Assembly: GCF_001457615.1 (NCBI RefSeq) | Contig: NZ_LN831024.1 | Span: 4,860,001 to 4,892,000 of the forward strand | Length of the DNA stretch: 32,000 nucleotides | Origin: Pseudomonas aeruginosa | GTDB lineage: Bacteria > Pseudomonadota > Gammaproteobacteria > Pseudomonadales > Pseudomonadaceae | Reading direction: 5' to 3' | Shown: positions 28,292-32,000 of the stretch, piece after piece | Position numbering within the stretch: the first letter of the stretch is position 1 | Layout: each line of letters starts with the position of its first letter | Program-made: the position numbers and the translations under genes | Notes under the pieces: generated by a model | What the model was told of the DNA's origin: nothing | Seen by the model: only the letters and a program-made list of their open reading frames with translations | Database searches by the model: none

Positions 28292-29619
28292 AGCCATCGC
28301 GCGCCCTGCTGGCGCTGTTCGCCGCGCTCCTGCTGCTGGCCATCGGCCTGGGCAGCCTGTCGGCGCTCGGCCAGCGGTTGCCTGCGCAACTGCATACATT
28401 CTGGTGGGCGGCGCTCGCCGCGCTGCTCCTGCTCGGCCTGCTGGACGCCCTGTGGGCGCGCCGCCAGGCGGTGCCGAAGCTGAGCCGCCAGCTCAGCGGC
28501 AACCTGCCGCTGGGGCGCTGGAGCGAAGTGCGCCTGCATCTGCAGCACACCTATCGGCGTCCGGTTCGCCTGACCCTGTTCGATCACCTGCCGGCCGGCA
28601 TGGATTTCGAGTACCTGCCGCAGGAGGTCGAACTGCGCCCGGGCGAAAGCACCGAGGTCGGCTACCGGGTGCGGCCGCTCAACCGCGGTCACTTCGTGTT
28701 TCCCCGCTGCGAGCTGGAACTGCCCAGCCCGCTGCGCCTGTGGCGGCAGCGCCGCTACCTGGAAGCACGCGGCGAGACCCGCGTCTACCCGGACTTCGCC
28801 CGCCTCTACGGCGCCGAACTGATGGCGGTCGACCACTGGCTCAACCAGATCGGCGTACGCGGCGGCCAGCGCCGCGGCCTCGGCCTGGAGTTCCACCAGT
28901 TGCGCGAATTCCGCGACGGCGACACCCTGCGCCAGATCGACTGGAAGGCCACCGCTCGCAAACGCACGCCGATCGCCCGCGAATACCAGGACGAACGCGA
29001 CCAGCAGATCCTCTTCCTGCTCGACTGCGGCCGCCGCATGCGCAGCCAGGACGGCGACCTGTCGCACTTCGACCATGCCCTCAACGCCAGCCTGCTGCTG
29101 GCCTACGTGGCCCTGCGCCAGGGCGACGCGGTGGGCGCCATGACCTTCGCCGGCGACGACCGCCGGCATCTCCCGCCGGGCAAGGGCAGCGCCCAGCTCG
29201 GCGCGCTGCTCAACACCGTCTACGACCTGCAGACCAGCCAGCGTCCCGCCGATTTCCCGGAAGCCGTGCAGGCGGTGCTGTCCCGCCAGCGGCGGCGGGC
29301 CCTGGTGATCCTGGTAACCAACCTGCGCGACGAGGACGACGAAGAACTGCTCGGCGCGGTGAAACGCCTGGGCCGCCAGCACCGGGTGCTGGTCGCCAGC
29401 CTGCGCGAGGAAGTGCTCGACACCCTGCGCCACGAGCCGGTCGCCCGCTACGAGCAGGCGCTCGCCTACACCGGCACCATCGACTACCTGAATGCGCGCA
29501 ACGGCCTCCACGAGAAGCTCGCGGCCCACGGCGTGCCAGTGCTCGATGCGCGTCCCAGCGAACTCGGGCCGGAGCTGATCAGCCGCTACCTGGGCTGGAA
29601 GCGCGCCGGCGTGCTTTGA
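28288..29619 (+). CDS. DUF58 protein (VWA-like MoxR partner) with two N-terminal TM helices
   Basis: Internal ATG of track ORF 27277..29619 (MKPSRALLALFAALLLLAIGLG, 443 aa), with an ATGA overlap. DUF58 signature: HQLREFRDGDTLRQIDWKATARKRTPIAREYQDE. Confidence 0.88.
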   Translation: MKPSRALLALFAALLLLAIGLGSLSALGQRLPAQLHTFWWAALAALLLLGLLDALWARRQAVPKLSRQLSGNLPLGRWSEVRLHLQHTYRRPVRLTLFDHLPAGMDFEYLPQEVELRPGESTEVGYRVRPLNRGHFVFPRCELELPSPLRLWRQRRYLEARGETRVYPDFARLYGAELMAVDHWLNQIGVRGGQRRGLGLEFHQLREFRDGDTLRQIDWKATARKRTPIAREYQDERDQQILFLLDCGRRMRSQDGDLSHFDHALNASLLLAYVALRQGDAVGAMTFAGDDRRHLPPGKGSAQLGALLNTVYDLQTSQRPADFPEAVQAVLSRQRRRALVILVTNLRDEDDEELLGAVKRLGRQHRVLVASLREEVLDTLRHEPVARYEQALAYTGTIDYLNARNGLHEKLAAHGVPVLDARPSELGPELISRYLGWKRAGVL

Positions 29620-29623
29620 CGGA

Positions 29624-29983
29624 TCAGACCGACTGCGGCTGGCGGGGGAAGCTGAAGTAGCGGCGCAGCGCCTCCACCAGTTCGAGGAATTCGGCGGGCG
29701 GCGCCAGCAGGTGGAAGCCGGAATCGAAATGACCGGGCGTGACGTCCTCGCAGGTCCACCGGCAGTCGGCGGAAAAATCGATGCATTGCGGGCGACCGCC
29801 CAGTCCCGGAACCTTCAGGCGCAGTTCGAAACGCGCGCCGACCAGCATCGGCAGTTGGCTGATCAGCAGCAGGCCGTCCTCGGAGACGTTGCCGATGTAT
29901 CCCATCGGCTTATCGGTGATGCGATTGAACACCTTCAGGTAGCTGGGCAACTGATGGCGCTGGATATGTCGTTGAAGACCCAT
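29624..29983 (-). CDS. PilZ-domain c-di-GMP binding protein (single domain)
   Basis: Track ORF, 119 aa. Both PilZ motifs are present: RxxxR (RHIQR) and N-x-S-x-x-G (NVSEDG), about 25 residues apart. Confidence 0.85.
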   Translation of the reverse strand: MGLQRHIQRHQLPSYLKVFNRITDKPMGYIGNVSEDGLLLISQLPMLVGARFELRLKVPGLGGRPQCIDFSADCRWTCEDVTPGHFDSGFHLLAPPAEFLELVEALRRYFSFPRQPQSV

Positions 29984-30043
29984 AATGGCATTTCGCTATG
30001 ATTTGCAGTCCAGTATGACGATGCCGGCGCTCGGGGAACAAGC

Positions 30044-30466
30044 TCAGCGGCAGCGTTCGGACTCCCGCGAGGCCAGTTCGCGACGAATGGCGTCCAGCTC
30101 GGCATCGCTCAGGTAAACCGGCCCGCCGCCGGCGTCCTGCCGATAGAAGCGGCCGCCGCGTTCGAGCTGGGACAACTGTTGCCGCAAGCGCCCGCATTCC
30201 TCGGCCAGCGCAGCCTGGCGCTGGCCGGCACGTTCGGCGGCGGCGGTGCGTTCCTCGCGACGAGCATCGAAATACTCCTGGGTGCGCTGCTCGCGCTGGC
30301 GGGTCGCGGCGTCACGTTCCACCACCTGCGGCCTGACTTCGACGCGTTGCGCGCCGGCCGGTGGCGTGGCGGAGAAGTGTACCTTGCCCTGGGCATCGGT
30401 CCAGCGATAGATGTCCGCCTGCGCCAGCACGGGCATCAGGGCGACACAGAACCACAGGGCACGCAT
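30044..30466 (-). CDS. Secreted DUF4124-domain protein with coiled-coil C-terminus
   Basis: Track ORF, 140 aa, with GGAGGAGG upstream. It has a signal peptide MRALWFCVALMPVLAQA followed by DIYRWTDAQGKVHFS, which is the DUF4124 hallmark. Confidence 0.8.
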   Translation of the reverse strand: MRALWFCVALMPVLAQADIYRWTDAQGKVHFSATPPAGAQRVEVRPQVVERDAATRQREQRTQEYFDARREERTAAAERAGQRQAALAEECGRLRQQLSQLERGGRFYRQDAGGGPVYLSDAELDAIRRELASRESERCR

Positions 30467-30566
30467 GCGAACCTCCTCCGTGAAATCCAGGACGAAGCTT
30501 ACCGGATCGACCGGGGTCCCATGCGACCGACGGTCAGCCTGAACGCCCGTCCAGTCTCCCGGCCGC

Positions 30567-30944
30567 CTACAGGCGGGTCGGCACGGCGCTGGCCGAGGCC
30601 GGCGTCTCGCTCAGCCGGCCCAGTTGGCGCAAGGTCTCCAGCCGCGCCTTGGCACGGTAGGCATATTCGCTGGTGGGGTAACGGGCGATGATGAAGTGGT
30701 AGGTCTGCGCTGCGTCGACGAACAGGCTCTGGCGTTCCAGGCACTGGCCGCGCAGCAGCGAGATTTCCGGCTGCAGGTAGGGCCGCGCGCGAATCCGCCG
30801 TTCGGCCCGCGACAGGTCGAGCATCACCTGTGCGCAATCGCCTTTGTCGTAGGCGCGGTAGGCCCCGTTCAGGTCGCTGTTCAGCGACCAGCTGTTACAA
30901 CCGGTGGCACTCAGCGCCAGGCAGGCAACGATCAAGCTTCGCAT
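30567..30944 (-). CDS. Small lipoprotein with TPR/BamD-like helical repeat
   Basis: This is the C-terminal 125 codons of track ORF 30567..31841. ATG 30944 has GGAGGA 7 nt upstream; ATG 30950 is only 1 nt from it. The N-terminus MRSLIVACLALSATGC is a signal peptide with a lipobox-like Cys. Confidence 0.7.
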   Translation of the reverse strand: MRSLIVACLALSATGCNSWSLNSDLNGAYRAYDKGDCAQVMLDLSRAERRIRARPYLQPEISLLRGQCLERQSLFVDAAQTYHFIIARYPTSEYAYRAKARLETLRQLGRLSETPASASAVPTRL

Positions 30945-31043
30945 AGGCATATCCTCCGTTGGGAACTGTATCGGCGCGTATTGGCGTGACTGAAGGGCCT
31001 GACTAGACTGAGGTGGCTCTCGCCCTGGCGCCAAGGAGATGCC

Positions 31044-31850
31044 ATGCGCTTCGCCCGCCGTCTCGTCCTGCTCCCATTGTTGTCGCTGCTGGCCGCTTGT
31101 TCGCCGACCACGCCGCTGTTCGTCGCCCAGGTGACCACTGGCGAAGTCGCCGAATACAAGCAGATGAAGAGCAACCGCATGACCGCCGCCATCGAGGAGG
31201 AAGGCGACCTGCTGACCTACAGCGCCATGGCGATCCGCGACAACAGGAGCGCCGAGGCGGAAAAGCTCTACCTCACCGGCTACGACAATCGCCGCTACAG
31301 CGCCGAGGTGCGCGGTATCTCGCTGTACCAGATCGGCCTGATCTACATGAGCCGCTACAACGACCAGCGCGACGACGCCAAGGCCACCGACTACTTCCAG
31401 CGCGTGGTCCGCGAGTTCCCCGGCACCCACGCCGCCGAGCATGCCCAGGCGCGCCTGCTGGCAATGCGCCAGCGGGCCAGGGAGCCGGTGCAGAAGAGCG
31501 CTCGCGAATTGCTCGCCACCTGGAAGCCACAGCAGAACCTCGATCTCTACAAGACCAGCCTCGACCCGGACATGACGCTGCTGTCGCGCCGCGCGGTGCT
31601 CAAGGATCGGGTCGACGAAGCCGCCGAGCTCTACCTGCTGGCGGTCAACGATCCGGCGATTCCTGCCGGTATAAAGGAAAAAGCCCTCTACCAGCTCGGC
31701 CTGATGTACCTGGCGCCGGACAACCCGCACCCGAACCGCGACAAGGCCATCGAATACCTGCGTCGCCAGTTGCTCGACTATCCTGAAGGCGAATTGTCGA
31801 ACAAGGCCGGCCGGCACCTCGACCAGGCGCTCAACGTGCAACCTCGCTGA
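31044..31850 (+). CDS. TPR-repeat lipoprotein
   Basis: Track ORF, 268 aa, with AAGGAGA upstream. The N-terminus MRFARRLVLLPLLSLLAACS is a signal peptide plus lipobox. Helical-repeat motifs recur (LYQIGLIYMSRYN, LYQLGLMYLAPDN). Confidence 0.8.
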   Translation: MRFARRLVLLPLLSLLAACSPTTPLFVAQVTTGEVAEYKQMKSNRMTAAIEEEGDLLTYSAMAIRDNRSAEAEKLYLTGYDNRRYSAEVRGISLYQIGLIYMSRYNDQRDDAKATDYFQRVVREFPGTHAAEHAQARLLAMRQRAREPVQKSARELLATWKPQQNLDLYKTSLDPDMTLLSRRAVLKDRVDEAAELYLLAVNDPAIPAGIKEKALYQLGLMYLAPDNPHPNRDKAIEYLRRQLLDYPEGELSNKAGRHLDQALNVQPR

Positions 31851-31934
31851 TCCCCGCCGGACTGACCCAGATCAAGCGCCCGTCGCGGCGCCTGGTCTGC
31901 AATGGCATTCCCGCCCAATGCCAGGAGCGTTGCC

Positions 31935-32000
31935 ATGAACCTGCATAACCTGCTGGTGGTCGTCGACCCGAGCAGCGACGAACAGCCGGCCCTTTCCCGT
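31935..32000 (+). CDS. Probable universal stress protein (UspA-like), first 22 codons only
   Basis: ATG 31935 with AGGAG 7 nt upstream. MNLHNLLVVVDPSSDEQPALSR resembles the N-terminal beta-strand and loop of Usp proteins. The gene is truncated by the window edge. Confidence 0.5.
   Translation, partial: MNLHNLLVVVDPSSDEQPALSR

Noticed and set aside
24355-29529. Minus-strand ORFs of 444-593 aa (24355..26136, 25932..27266, 26849..28399, 28021..29529) opposite the MoxR operon
   Set aside because: They are antisense shadow ORFs in about 70% GC DNA. The plus-strand genes carry clear family motifs and coupled starts, and the minus-strand translations have none.
27277-29619. 780-aa ORF suggesting a MoxR-overlapping giant DUF58 protein
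   Set aside because: The first ~337 codons are an out-of-frame reading of moxR (Arg/Pro/Gly-rich). The DUF58 protein starts at ATG 28288 with a normal membrane-anchor N-terminus and an ATGA overlap.
30567-31841. 424-aa minus-strand ORF spanning the whole lipoprotein region
   Set aside because: Only the last 125 codons, downstream of the SD-preceded ATG 30944, look like a gene (signal peptide plus lipobox). The rest is antisense to the well-supported plus-strand TPR lipoprotein gene.

Overview
This window reads as high-GC Pseudomonas aeruginosa core chromosome. From protein sequences and gene order I recognise the PAO1 PA4299-PA4328 neighbourhood; the locus tags are from memory and unverified. 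Left to right: (1) The Flp/Tad type IVb pilus operon on the minus strand (tadD 5' end, tadC, tadB, tadA, tadZ, rcpA, rcpC). It diverges from the flp pilin gene across an AT-rich 409-bp control region. (2) Three paralogous dCache amino-acid chemoreceptor genes (pctC, pctA, pctB). Their 3' ~0.8-1.0 kb are near-identical at nucleotide level in a mosaic pattern. An antiparallel DUF853/YjgR P-loop NTPase gene lies between pctC and pctA, and each paralog is followed by a REP-like hairpin. (3) An overlapped three-gene unit: GT4 glycosyltransferase, DUF2334 deacetylase-like protein, MprF-type flippase-like membrane protein. The last gene looks frameshifted at a C4 run. (4) purU with an unlisted 70-codon acidic ORF behind it, then mvaT (H-NS-like silencer) and sbcB. 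(5) A membrane protein gene followed by a six-gene operon with overlapped stop and start codons: RDD, SpoIIM-like, DUF4129, DUF4350, MoxR AAA+, DUF58. Its function is unknown and it is my best candidate for an uncharacterised system. (6) A convergent PilZ gene, a DUF4124 gene, two divergent TPR-like lipoprotein genes and the first 22 codons of a Usp-like gene. I found no rRNA, tRNA, CRISPR array, transposase or integrase. Many long ORFs in the track are antisense or out-of-frame shadow ORFs typical of high-GC DNA. All coordinates, motif calls and GC figures were worked out by hand from the printed sequence.
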